A stretch of 64,000 nucleotides of DNA from an uncultured Gammaproteobacteria bacterium (GTDB lineage Bacteria > Patescibacteriota > Microgenomatia > Daviesbacterales > UBA10151). Below the pieces are notes generated by a model that had not been told where the DNA came from, did not search any database, and saw only the letters and a program-made list of their open reading frames with translations. The stretch's first letter is position 1, and each line of letters opens with the position of its first letter. This document shows positions 18,204 to 27,131 of the stretch, piece after piece. A program made the translations under genes and the position numbers. The DNA lies in assembly GCA_964500725.1 (NCBI GenBank), contig CAZCNP010000001.1:64766-128765 (forward strand), given 5' to 3'.

Positions 18204-18874
18204 ATTTAACAAAACTGCAAAAACTGGCAATAGAACTGTTAGCGCATTCTCCACTCAGGAACATTTTCTACTGGACTGGCGGAACGTTACTTGCATCTCA
18301 CTATTTACATCATCGGGAATCTATTGATCTTGATTTCTTTAGCGAAAAAAAGTTTTCTCTTGAAGAAATTAACCGTTTCACCCAGGAACTTAAAGAGAAA
18401 GGCGGTTTCGCAACCGTACATTACCAGAAAATATTCGATAGATATGAATTTCTGTTTGAAAATGAAGAACACCTACGGATAGAGTTTGTCTACTATAATC
18501 ACGAGAAAAAGACACTGAGAAAACGAGAACTTCTTAATGGAGTACACATTGATTCTTTAGATGATATTGCTGCAAATAAAGTAATGGCATACTTTGACAG
18601 AAACGAACCAAAAGATTTATTTGATATCTATTTCCTTATTCATAAATCAGGATTCAATCCTTTAAAATTATTGAAACTTGTCAAGCAAAAATTTGGCATT
18701 TCTTTTAACGAAGCATCTTTTTGGAGTGAGGCATTTAAATGTTTTCCCCTTCTTCATACTTTAAAACCCCTGATGCTTCAAAAAGAAGAGGACAAACAAA
18801 AACAATTACTCAAAACCATTGAAGATTATTTCCAAGAAGGCTCCGCAAGATTTCTACATAAAAACCTAGAATAA
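18200..18874 (+). CDS. AbiEii/DUF1814-family nucleotidyltransferase (paralog)
   Basis: YWTGGTLLASHYLHHRESIDLDFF. Confidence 0.65.
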   Translation: MNLTKLQKLAIELLAHSPLRNIFYWTGGTLLASHYLHHRESIDLDFFSEKKFSLEEINRFTQELKEKGGFATVHYQKIFDRYEFLFENEEHLRIEFVYYNHEKKTLRKRELLNGVHIDSLDDIAANKVMAYFDRNEPKDLFDIYFLIHKSGFNPLKLLKLVKQKFGISFNEASFWSEAFKCFPLLHTLKPLMLQKEEDKQKQLLKTIEDYFQEGSARFLHKNLE

Positions 18875-18888
18875 ATTAAAAATCTAAC

Positions 18889-18957
18889 CAATAATTGCTA
18901 CTACTATCAAAAGCTAGCTCAACCAGGGTAAACCCCTGGGGAGTTTTTTCATGCATT
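18889..18957 (-). pseudogene. pilin 5' fragment (MHEKTPQGFTLVELAFDSSS...), truncated
   Basis: DNA similar to the 5' end of pilin 14789..16678 (ctactactatcaaaagct...gtaaaccc); reaches a stop after about 25 codons. Confidence 0.5.
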
Positions 18958-18964
18958 AATCTTA

Positions 18965-20023
18965 TTATATTAAAGGAATAAGGTAATCAAGGCTTTGCCT
19001 TGAAAAAATCATATATCCAATCCCTGGAGAAATTGCAAAACCATCGCCTCCACCACCCACTGAAAATACCGAAAAACTCGCACCTTCCAGTTGAAAAATC
19101 TGAGTTGCACACCCAGTACAACCTGTGTTTATAGCGTTCAATAATGTTTTTGCTTTATTTATGCTGGCGGGAACAGCAGCAAAGGATATTCCTGTATATC
19201 CAGAAAGTAAAGAGATCTTAGTTTGTACAGCCTGTACCCCTTGAATTTGTGAATTAGATGACCCATCAGCGTTGATAAAAAAAGCCATTCCTACAGTGAC
19301 CGGAGAAGTGTTGTTTTGACAACCATCAGAACAGTCTGACAAATAATAGTCTCCATTAGCTGCAACCGTCGCAATAGATAAAATCCCATTTTCTTCTCCT
19401 CCTAAATCTGTATAAAATTTTCCGAGTGTATAAGAACTACCTTTATCTACCGTTAAACCGACAAAGTTGAAACCTGCTGTGAGGTTAATAGTTTGGAAAG
19501 CTGGAGCAGGATATGTGGGCGGACCACCACCACCGGAGGAAGTTTTGCAAAAACAATTAACAGAATCTTGCGCATTAACACATGAATTATTACCAATGTT
19601 ACTCCCCAAAGGAGCGCAAACAGAAAAATTATCTCCAGAAACAGTATCTCCAGAACCATTTGTATTATTATAGTTAGCATTTATATCTGGTCCTACTACA
19701 ATATAGGAAGTATTAGTTGTTCCATCGGGGGTAGGAATTTTTCCAGAGGCAAACATAGCTTCTGTTAATGGTTTATATCCACCCTGGCCACCATTTGCAG
19801 TAGGATCATAATTTGTTTCATAGGCTTTTTTAATAGCATCAATATCTGCTCTTCTTTTGGCATCCAGGGTTGAATTCCTGACTGCTTGAAAAGACACAAA
19901 ACCTACTACAGATAAAATACTGATTATGGAAATAACTACTAAAAGTTCAATGAGGGTAAAACCAGCACCACTCTTTCTAATCCTGTCTTTGTGGTGCTGG
20001 GTAAAACCAGAGTTTTTGGGCAT
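18965..20023 (-). CDS. type IV pilin-like protein with a long leader and a Gly/Asn-rich C-terminal domain
   Basis: MPKNSGFTQHHKDRIRKSGAGFTLIELLVVISIISILSVVGF. The 5' ~110 bp after the TM helix is near-identical to 20070..21152. Confidence 0.75.
   Translation of the reverse strand: MPKNSGFTQHHKDRIRKSGAGFTLIELLVVISIISILSVVGFVSFQAVRNSTLDAKRRADIDAIKKAYETNYDPTANGGQGGYKPLTEAMFASGKIPTPDGTTNTSYIVVGPDINANYNNTNGSGDTVSGDNFSVCAPLGSNIGNNSCVNAQDSVNCFCKTSSGGGGPPTYPAPAFQTINLTAGFNFVGLTVDKGSSYTLGKFYTDLGGEENGILSIATVAANGDYYLSDCSDGCQNNTSPVTVGMAFFINADGSSNSQIQGVQAVQTKISLLSGYTGISFAAVPASINKAKTLLNAINTGCTGCATQIFQLEGASFSVFSVGGGGDGFAISPGIGYMIFSRQSLDYLIPLI
19957..20007. repeat. pilin-leader hairpin repeat, copy D
   Basis: ccagcaccactctttctaatcctgtctttgtggtgctgggtaaaacc within pilin 18965..20023. 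Confidence 0.8.
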
Positions 20024-20069
20024 TACTTACATTTTGTCACAGAAAGAGTTGGGGAGTCAAGAAAAAATA

Positions 20070-21152
20070 TCAGAGGCATCCATTACCACTATTGTAAAGC
20101 AAGCCTACTTCACCGGCAGAGAGAGCCCTGTTATAGATCCTGGCATCATCAACCAAACCATTCATCCATTCTCCTCCTGTTATAGAATACCTTCCCATCA
20201 GAGAAACTCCATGATTATTCGTAAATGAATAATTAGTAGGTCCTGCTTTGAGCTCATTATCAACATATAAACTGGCTTTTGTGCCATCAAAGACACCAAC
20301 AATATGATACCAGCTATCATTTGTTACCATAAACGAAGTATTAACCACCCATGGAAGACCGCCACCACCGTTTTGACCAAACACCGGTGAATTAGCATCA
20401 CTAAGAGCTATCTCAGCAAAAGAAGTATTTGTACCAATAATAGTTCTCCAGCTGCCAGCTCCAGCTGCAGCTGGTTTTACCCATGCAGAAAATGTAAATG
20501 GTAAAGTTTTATCAGTGGGCAACACCTGGCCAGCATTTATATAATCATTGTTACCATCAAACTGTCCTGCATTACCAAATTTGCCCGTACTGACTGTAGC
20601 TCCAGAAGCCACACCATTATGATTATTACCTGATGAGTCTTTCACTTCACCTGCAGTATTGTTCCAATTTGTAGTCTCATCCATCTTCCAATATCCTATC
20701 AGCCCATAAATCAAGCTGTTGGTAGGATCACAGGTAGAATTTGATAGAGAATTAATTTGAGTAATAAGAGTGGTATCTCCTTGAGTAGAGGTAGCACAAG
20801 TACTAGTGTTATCATTCATAGTAGCGCAGACTTTATATGCTGTATTGCTATTTAGGCCACCTGCCCCGGGTCCTACAAAAAATATATATGATCCTCCTTC
20901 CGGAGGAGTAGGGATCTTACCGGAGGCAAAATTAGAATCCTGTAATGGTTTATATCCACCCTGGCCACCATTTGCAGTTGGATCATAATTTGTTTCATAG
21001 GCTTTTTTAATTGAGTCAATATCTGCTTTTCTTTTAGCATCCAAAGCATTAGACCTGACATTTTTATAAGAAACCAACACAATAGTATAGAGTATAGTCA
21101 GAATAGAAATAATAACCAGAAGTTCAATTAAGGTAAAAGCATTTTTCTTCAC
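20070..21152 (-). CDS. type IV pilin fused to a C-terminal LamG domain
   Basis: NAFTLIELLVIISILTIL; C-terminus LVDDARIYNRALSAGEVGLLYNSGNGCL. Confidence 0.75.
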   Translation of the reverse strand: MKKNAFTLIELLVIISILTILYTIVLVSYKNVRSNALDAKRKADIDSIKKAYETNYDPTANGGQGGYKPLQDSNFASGKIPTPPEGGSYIFFVGPGAGGLNSNTAYKVCATMNDNTSTCATSTQGDTTLITQINSLSNSTCDPTNSLIYGLIGYWKMDETTNWNNTAGEVKDSSGNNHNGVASGATVSTGKFGNAGQFDGNNDYINAGQVLPTDKTLPFTFSAWVKPAAAGAGSWRTIIGTNTSFAEIALSDANSPVFGQNGGGGLPWVVNTSFMVTNDSWYHIVGVFDGTKASLYVDNELKAGPTNYSFTNNHGVSLMGRYSITGGEWMNGLVDDARIYNRALSAGEVGLLYNSGNGCL

Positions 21153-21745
21153 TGTGAGCTTGGTTTACAGTAAGGAGTACCAGTTTCTAACCTCGCACAC
21201 ACTTTCCAGGAAATAACACTAGGTCCAAATCTTGACGAGGCTGCAGCTGTTCCCTTTAAGGGTCCCGTTCTATCTGATCCCGTGTTTGCGGCTAGTCCCC
21301 ATGAACCAATATCAATCCAAGCGCTTTCTCCTGTAGCTGCTGTTGGTCCTATAGGGCATTTATCAGCATCAGCTCCTCCAGATGTAACAGTCCACTCAGT
21401 CCCATCTGTTTTCGGGCTTGTCGGAACAGTAGCTGCTATGCTTGTCCTTATACAATAATGAGCCTTATTTGCAGTATCAGCATTATCGACCGGTACCACC
21501 CCTCCGCTGAAGCCAGAAGCAGGTAAAGAAGTATAATATACAGTCGCTGGGGCTCTGGTTGTCTCTAAAGCATTTGCAATAGCATCAATATCTGCTTTTC
21601 TTCTGGCATCTCTGGCATTGGTTTGTGCAGAAGTAAAAATAGTTAGTCCGATTGTTGACAAAATAGCAATTATAGCTACAACCACCAGCAACTCAACTAA
21701 AGTAAAACCACTCTCTAATCTATTCTTATACAATTGTGTTTTCAT
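21149..21745 (-). CDS. type IV pilin
   Basis: ESGFTLVELLVVVAIIAILSTIGL...RRKADIDAIANALE. Confidence 0.8.
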   Translation of the reverse strand: MKTQLYKNRLESGFTLVELLVVVAIIAILSTIGLTIFTSAQTNARDARRKADIDAIANALETTRAPATVYYTSLPASGFSGGVVPVDNADTANKAHYCIRTSIAATVPTSPKTDGTEWTVTSGGADADKCPIGPTAATGESAWIDIGSWGLAANTGSDRTGPLKGTAAASSRFGPSVISWKVCARLETGTPYCKPSSQ

Positions 21746-21749
21746 TATC

Positions 21750-22217
21750 TTATTGCTGTGCAGCTCTACAATAAAAATTAAGTGTTCCTGTAGTAACTAT
21801 TGAAGTTTCACTTGAAGAATTGCCATTACCTTTTTCTAGTCTTGCACAAGCGATAAATTTGGGATCCGAAGCATTAACAGTGACAACATATTGATAACTA
21901 TTTCCACCATAAGCTATTGCGTTACCAGATTTTGCTGTGTCCACAGGATCAAATGGTTGTTGATTATTAGCAAAGATACTAGGACCATAAGTTGGATAAG
22001 TTTCGCTTCCTGGTGCTCCAGTACGGTTTGACTCCATGGCTGTAGCTATAGCATCAATGTCTGCACGCCTTCTGCCATCCCTCGCTTGTTTTTGAGCATT
22101 CGAAAAAGCAGCAACGCCTATCACAGACAAAAAGGCAATAATGGTAACAACTACCATCAGTTCAATAAGGGTGAAACCTGAAGTATTATTTTTAAGTTTG
22201 GGCAGAAACTTCTTCAT
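21750..22217 (-). CDS. type IV pilin
   Basis: TSGFTLIELMVVVTIIAFLSVIGV...RRRADIDAIATAME. Confidence 0.8.
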   Translation of the reverse strand: MKKFLPKLKNNTSGFTLIELMVVVTIIAFLSVIGVAAFSNAQKQARDGRRRADIDAIATAMESNRTGAPGSETYPTYGPSIFANNQQPFDPVDTAKSGNAIAYGGNSYQYVVTVNASDPKFIACARLEKGNGNSSSETSIVTTGTLNFYCRAAQQ

Positions 22218-22335
22218 ATTATTATTTGCTTAATTTTCTATATACTAATCTATTATTGATACAAATCTTTCGGGCTGTCAATACGTCAGTTCAAAGCTAA
22301 ATAGATAGATGTAAATACCACTCCATTAATTTATC

Positions 22336-22412
22336 TCCCCAATAGAGCATAATTAAACTACCTAATACCAAAAATGGCCCAAAGGGGATGGTTTGACCAA
22401 AGTGTGAAGATA
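22336..22412 (-). pseudogene. duplicated 3' fragment of pilD (~85% identical to 23356-23432)
   Basis: Reverse translation gives ...SHFGQTIPFGPFLVLGSLIMLYW, matching the PilD C-terminus KHFGQTIPFGPFLVLGSLIMLYW. Confidence 0.6.
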
Positions 22413-22427
22413 TCAGTTGAGCTTCAA

Positions 22428-23072
22428 TCAAAGGTATTTTTTGACTTCATCTTCAAAAAAATGCTTTATCTCTTCCGGCTGGGGCAGGGAAACTTTTGCA
22501 ACCGGTGTAACAGAAAAACTGGATATATCACCAAAGTAAACCAGTTGTTCCAGGAAAAGTTTCTCACTAAAAGCACCCCCATAAACCTTTTCAGATACTG
22601 AAATAATTTGTTTTATATCAATATGACCCTGTTTTAAAATCGTGTACAAGTCAAAGTAATCCCTGTATTCTCCTCTTCTGCCAATTGTGTATGCTTTTTG
22701 TATAGCAATTTCCGGTATGGAAAATAGGGAAAGCCCTTTTCCTGTTTTCAAAATTTGGAAGTGCGGTTTGAAAGGATAGTAAAGAAAAGTAATTTTTATA
22801 CCATTTTTTGTAAATAAGGTTAGCTCGTCTAATGTGTCAATAACAACATTATCTATTGCCAATACCTGGGAAAGTTTTTCCAGTAATTTTTTGGGAATCT
22901 GGGAGGTACTAAAAAAATCAAAATCAAACGATTTACGGTGGGCAAGCTGAAGAGCAAGCGCAGTTCCTCCAGCTAACACAAACTCTTCAGTAAAGGGAAT
23001 GATTTTTTGTAATAAATCTCTCCTCTTATCATCCAAGATGCCGGGGTGTACTTTTGAGATATTTTTGTTCAT
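22428..23072 (-). CDS. AbiEii/DUF1814-family nucleotidyltransferase (third copy)
   Basis: FVLAGGTALALQLAHRKSFDFDFF. Confidence 0.6.
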   Translation of the reverse strand: MNKNISKVHPGILDDKRRDLLQKIIPFTEEFVLAGGTALALQLAHRKSFDFDFFSTSQIPKKLLEKLSQVLAIDNVVIDTLDELTLFTKNGIKITFLYYPFKPHFQILKTGKGLSLFSIPEIAIQKAYTIGRRGEYRDYFDLYTILKQGHIDIKQIISVSEKVYGGAFSEKLFLEQLVYFGDISSFSVTPVAKVSLPQPEEIKHFFEDEVKKYL

Positions 23073-23316
23073 CTAATTTAGTACTAATACCAAGAACTAT
23101 GTTCTTGATAAAGTTAAAAGCTGAGGCTGTATAAATTTTTTTGGGAAAACCCAGAAAACATTTTTTTACTTCTTTTTCTCCAACAACATTAAGAAGAGAT
23201 TTTATCTCTTCCAGCGAACCAAACATTAGCGTCTGATGGATATTGTCTAAAGAACCCTGTTCTACTTCATCTAAATACCATACACGTTTTGTACCCATGA
23301 ACAAATTATACCTCAA
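23029..23316 (-). CDS. small partner protein of the third AbiEii-like NTase
   Basis: 95 aa, upstream of and overlapping the NTase gene; unrelated in sequence to the other two partners. Confidence 0.4.
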   Translation of the reverse strand: MRYNLFMGTKRVWYLDEVEQGSLDNIHQTLMFGSLEEIKSLLNVVGEKEVKKCFLGFPKKIYTASAFNFIKNIVLGISTKLDEQKYLKSTPRHLG

Positions 23317-24243
23317 TTACTGCCCTAAATGAAGATACCAGTCAATAATTTGACTGCCCCAATATAGCATTATCAAACTTCCTAACACTAAAAATGGGCC
23401 AAAGGGGATTGTTTGGCCAAAATGCTTTTTACCCAGGAGTATCAGACCTACTGAAAATACAGCTCCTGTTAAAAATGATAAAATTAAAGCAACCAGGGCA
23501 TTAGGGAAGCCTAACATCAACCCTATAAAAGCCCCTAACTTAACATCCCCTCCACCCATACCTTTACCGCGGGTTATAATAATCAAGCTTAAGAAAAAAC
23601 CTCCAATTGCTAGCCCCATTAAAATAGATAACAAAAATGGCTGGGCAGTAATCAAAGCATGCCTTTGGAAATAATCACTATGTGGAGGAAGTAAGTATCT
23701 CCCCACTGGAGTCTGAGAAAGGTAAAAGTAAAGGTATCCAATCTTATATATGGTAAATAAAAATAGGGAAACTGCCCCCACAACAATAGCTGGCAAAATA
23801 ACCCTGTCTGGAATAAACATCTTTTTTAAATCTGTTAAAAAAAGAGCTGTTAAAACTGCTATAAAGAATATATTTAACAAAACTTCTATAACTTTAATTT
23901 GAAATTTGAAATTTGAAATTTGAAATTGAAGAGGGGAGAGACCTTGAAAGCTTTGAAAGAAAAGAAATCCTACCAATAATCCTACTGCCACCTCGACTAA
24001 TAAATACTCCATGCCAATTTTTTTCTTGCAATACCTGCATTTTCCAGCAAGCAGGATATAGGAGAAAATAGGAAAAAGGTCGTACCATCTAAGTTCTGTT
24101 TTGCAGAATAGACAATACGACCTTCCCTTAAAATACTTACCAATTAAACTTCGGTCAGCCAATACCTTCGTAAAACTCCCTAAAATAATGCCTATTAAAA
24201 ACCCGACTGACCCCCAAATGACCATTATGGCGCGTACGTACAA
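23317..24243 (-). CDS. pilD: prepilin peptidase (A24 family)
   Basis: N-terminal CxxC...CxxC zinc-finger region and catalytic GGGDVKLGAFIGLMLG motif. Confidence 0.85.
   Translation of the reverse strand: MYVRAIMVIWGSVGFLIGIILGSFTKVLADRSLIGKYFKGRSYCLFCKTELRWYDLFPIFSYILLAGKCRYCKKKIGMEYLLVEVAVGLLVGFLFFQSFQGLSPLQFQISNFKFQIKVIEVLLNIFFIAVLTALFLTDLKKMFIPDRVILPAIVVGAVSLFLFTIYKIGYLYFYLSQTPVGRYLLPPHSDYFQRHALITAQPFLLSILMGLAIGGFFLSLIIITRGKGMGGGDVKLGAFIGLMLGFPNALVALILSFLTGAVFSVGLILLGKKHFGQTIPFGPFLVLGSLIMLYWGSQIIDWYLHLGQ
23899..23926. repeat. (tttgaaa)x4 heptanucleotide tract inside the pilD coding sequence
   Basis: Four perfect copies; encodes FQISNFKFQI. Confidence 0.85.
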
Positions 24244-24785
24244 GTACCTCCAGATGTTTTAATAAGATCCAATTTTGAACCAACCTCATAAAGGGCTGTA
24301 TCATCTCCACCATCTTCTTCTCTCTTATCATTACCAGCTGCAGTCTGTTGAGCTGACTCTAAATCAGTATTAATCTCCCATGCCTCGCCATCAGAACAAT
24401 AAGTGTAGTGGTATGCTGCACTATTGACTGGATCAACTGGCAAGGTAGGAACTGATACGCTCTGTTGGGCTGATAAATCAACCTTTACCCAACCTGTACC
24501 ATCAGAAGCTCTAGGACTACTCTCTGTGGTTCTACCAACACATGTTGGTCCACCTTGAGAACACAAAATAACCTCTGCAGAATCAGTCGCTTCCTGCACA
24601 GCTACGTTAATTGCCTGTTGTAGATTTGCAAGATCAGTAAGTCTGGCTGCATCTCGACCTCTACGAGTAAGCTCTAATGGGTTTATAATCAACACTACCA
24701 CTGCTGCCAATATGGCTATAATTGCTATAACAACTAAAAGTTCAACCAAAGTAAAACCTTTGTGAACTTGAGCAGATTTTTTCAA
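24225..24785 (-). CDS. type IV pilin (candidate major pilin)
   Basis: HKGFTLVELLVVIAIIAILAAVVV; immediately downstream of pilC. Confidence 0.75.
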   Translation of the reverse strand: MKKSAQVHKGFTLVELLVVIAIIAILAAVVVLIINPLELTRRGRDAARLTDLANLQQAINVAVQEATDSAEVILCSQGGPTCVGRTTESSPRASDGTGWVKVDLSAQQSVSVPTLPVDPVNSAAYHYTYCSDGEAWEINTDLESAQQTAAGNDKREEDGGDDTALYEVGSKLDLIKTSGGTCTYAP

Positions 24786-24873
24786 ACTTTCTCACCCCCT
24801 TTGTTAATCCATTGTAGACATAACTAATATTAGCTAGTCAAGAGGTCAGTTAAAAAACAGCTTCCAGTTTCAA

Positions 24874-26076
24874 CTAAAATGATGTAGTTAATTTGTATAT
24901 TGGCAAAATAATGGAAATAACCAAAAATGCTACCCCTATACCCAAAATAACTAAAACTATTGGCTCAATTGCTACTGTTAGGTTTTTGATCAAGTGATCT
25001 GATTCTGATTCGAAAAAATCTGCCAGCTTGAAAAATATTTCATCAACCTTACCAGTTTCCTCACCTACTTTGACCATCTGGCCAACAATTTTAGGAAAAA
25101 CATTAGGATTTAAAAGTGAGGAAAAAGGCAACCCTTTTTCTACTCCTTTATAGGATTCTTTAATAGCATTTTTAAAAACAGGGTTATCTGTCAAATCACC
25201 CACAATCCCTATAGACTCCAGCAAAGGAATACCTGCAGAGGTCAAAAGACCAAAAGTGCGGTTAAAATTAGTTAAAGTTACAGAGGAAACCACCTTGCCT
25301 ACAATCGGAGTTTTTAGAATTAATTTACCAATTACCATACTTCCTCCAGGAGTTTTCTTCCATCTATGAATACCAACCACAGCTCCAACTAAAGCAATTA
25401 TCCCTGCCCACCAATAATTAACAAACATAGAAGAGGTACCTATTAATATTTTAGTAGGCAGAGGCAGCTCCATTGTTGACTGCTCATATAAGTTGGTAAG
25501 TTTGGGAATAACAAAAACCATCATAATTATAATGACTACTACCATCATTGACAAAACAACAATAGGATAAATCATTGCCCCCTTAACTTTGGCCTGAAAC
25601 TCCCTTTCTTTTTCCAAACTGTTAGCCATCTGCATAAGCACATTGTCAAGTTTGCCTGAAGTCTCACCGCTTTTGACTAAATTAACGTAAAGGCGGGGGA
25701 AAATATTAGGAAACTTTGATAAAGCCTGGGCTAGAGTTAAACCTCCTTTAATATCTTGGGAAATATCAGCAAGGGCTCTTTTTAAAGTTTTATTTACCTG
25801 TTGCTCTTCTAAAATATCTATAGCCTCCGATAAAACCAGACCACTGCCTACCATTGTTGCCAACTGTCTGGTAACTATCACTAACTCTGTAAAACTTACC
25901 TTGTTTAAAAACCGGTCTAAAAAAGTGTTCGCAGAGGAATTTTTAGGGTTTAGAGCAACTAAAATTAAGCCTTTTTTACGCACTGTTGAAGCAGCAGCAT
26001 GAGCATCTGGGGCTTCCACACTACCATTATGACTTGCTCCTTGTAAATCTTTAGCTTTGTACAGAAATTCAGCCAT
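24874..26076 (-). CDS. pilC: type IV pilus platform protein PilC (GspF family)
   Basis: Duplicated GspF-domain architecture with three TM segments. Confidence 0.8.
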   Translation of the reverse strand: MAEFLYKAKDLQGASHNGSVEAPDAHAAASTVRKKGLILVALNPKNSSANTFLDRFLNKVSFTELVIVTRQLATMVGSGLVLSEAIDILEEQQVNKTLKRALADISQDIKGGLTLAQALSKFPNIFPRLYVNLVKSGETSGKLDNVLMQMANSLEKEREFQAKVKGAMIYPIVVLSMMVVVIIIMMVFVIPKLTNLYEQSTMELPLPTKILIGTSSMFVNYWWAGIIALVGAVVGIHRWKKTPGGSMVIGKLILKTPIVGKVVSSVTLTNFNRTFGLLTSAGIPLLESIGIVGDLTDNPVFKNAIKESYKGVEKGLPFSSLLNPNVFPKIVGQMVKVGEETGKVDEIFFKLADFFESESDHLIKNLTVAIEPIVLVILGIGVAFLVISIILPIYKLTTSF

Positions 26077-27128
26077 TACTTTAGCAGTTTACTCAATAAT
26101 TCCGGCCTTAAGGCAAACTTTAATGCTACCTCCTGAGAAATCTTTCCCGCCCGCACTAAATTAGCCAGTGCCCGCTCCAAAGGCTGCATACCCAGTTCTG
26201 CTGATGTTTGTATAGTATTATCTATTAAATAAGTCTTGCCTTCTCTAATAATGCTTCTTACTGCAGGAGTAGCAAATAAGATTTCTGCTGCCAAAGTTCT
26301 TCCAGGCTGAATAGTAGGTATTAACCTTAGAGATAAAATTGCCTCCAAAGTGGCAGCAAGCTGTAATCTGATTTGAGATTGCTGCACCTCTGGGAAAACA
26401 TCAATAATTCTATCCATAGACTGCGAGGCTGAATTTGTATGAAGTGTTGCAAAAACTAAGTGCCCTGTTTCTGCAATAGTCATAGCCGATGAAATAGTTT
26501 CCAGATCTCTCATTTCACCTACTAAAACTACATCAGGATCTTCCCGCAGAGCTGCGCGCAAAGCATTATTCCAAGATTTAGTATCAGAAAACATTTCCCT
26601 TTGCTCTATTAAGGATTTACCAGCAGGATAGACATACTCAATTGGGTCTTCAACAGTTAAAATATGGGCTGAACGAGCTTGATTAATATAGTTGATAAAA
26701 GAGGCCAAAGCTGTGGATTTACCATGACCAGTTGGTCCTGTGACTAAAATAAAACCTTGCTTTAATTCCAGAAGCTTTGTGATATTAGCAGGCAAACCTA
26801 ATTCCTCAATTGTTGGTATCTTGTAGGGAATAAGTCTTAAGGCCACCCCAGAATTACCTTTTTGCTTGTATAAATTAGCCCTAAACCTGGCTTTTTTCTC
26901 AAATTCAAAAGAAAAATCAAGTTCTAAATTTTCTTTAAAAAGATTATATTGAGTTTCTGACAATAAAGGTCTGATCAGACTTTCAATCTGTTCCGGTGTA
27001 ATTGGCGTTTCCCCAGGCACAGGCAACAGTTCGCTATGAATCCGCAGCATTGGAGGAGAACCTACAGATAAGTGTAAGTCTGAAGCATTTCTTTGGATAG
27101 TCAAATCCAAAAGTTGAGTTATATTCAT
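26076..27128 (-). CDS. pilT: twitching-motility retraction ATPase PilT
   Basis: Walker A LVTGPTGHGKSTAL, PilT-like length, AIRNLIRE-like region (AVRSIIREGK). Confidence 0.85.
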   Translation of the reverse strand: MNITQLLDLTIQRNASDLHLSVGSPPMLRIHSELLPVPGETPITPEQIESLIRPLLSETQYNLFKENLELDFSFEFEKKARFRANLYKQKGNSGVALRLIPYKIPTIEELGLPANITKLLELKQGFILVTGPTGHGKSTALASFINYINQARSAHILTVEDPIEYVYPAGKSLIEQREMFSDTKSWNNALRAALREDPDVVLVGEMRDLETISSAMTIAETGHLVFATLHTNSASQSMDRIIDVFPEVQQSQIRLQLAATLEAILSLRLIPTIQPGRTLAAEILFATPAVRSIIREGKTYLIDNTIQTSAELGMQPLERALANLVRAGKISQEVALKFALRPELLSKLLK

Positions 27129-27131
27129 ATC

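Noticed and set aside
22374-22601. 75-aa plus-strand ORF from the six-frame track
   Set aside because: It lies over the duplicated pilD 3' fragment and the 3' end of the NTase gene on the opposite strand. Its composition is typical of an antisense artefact.
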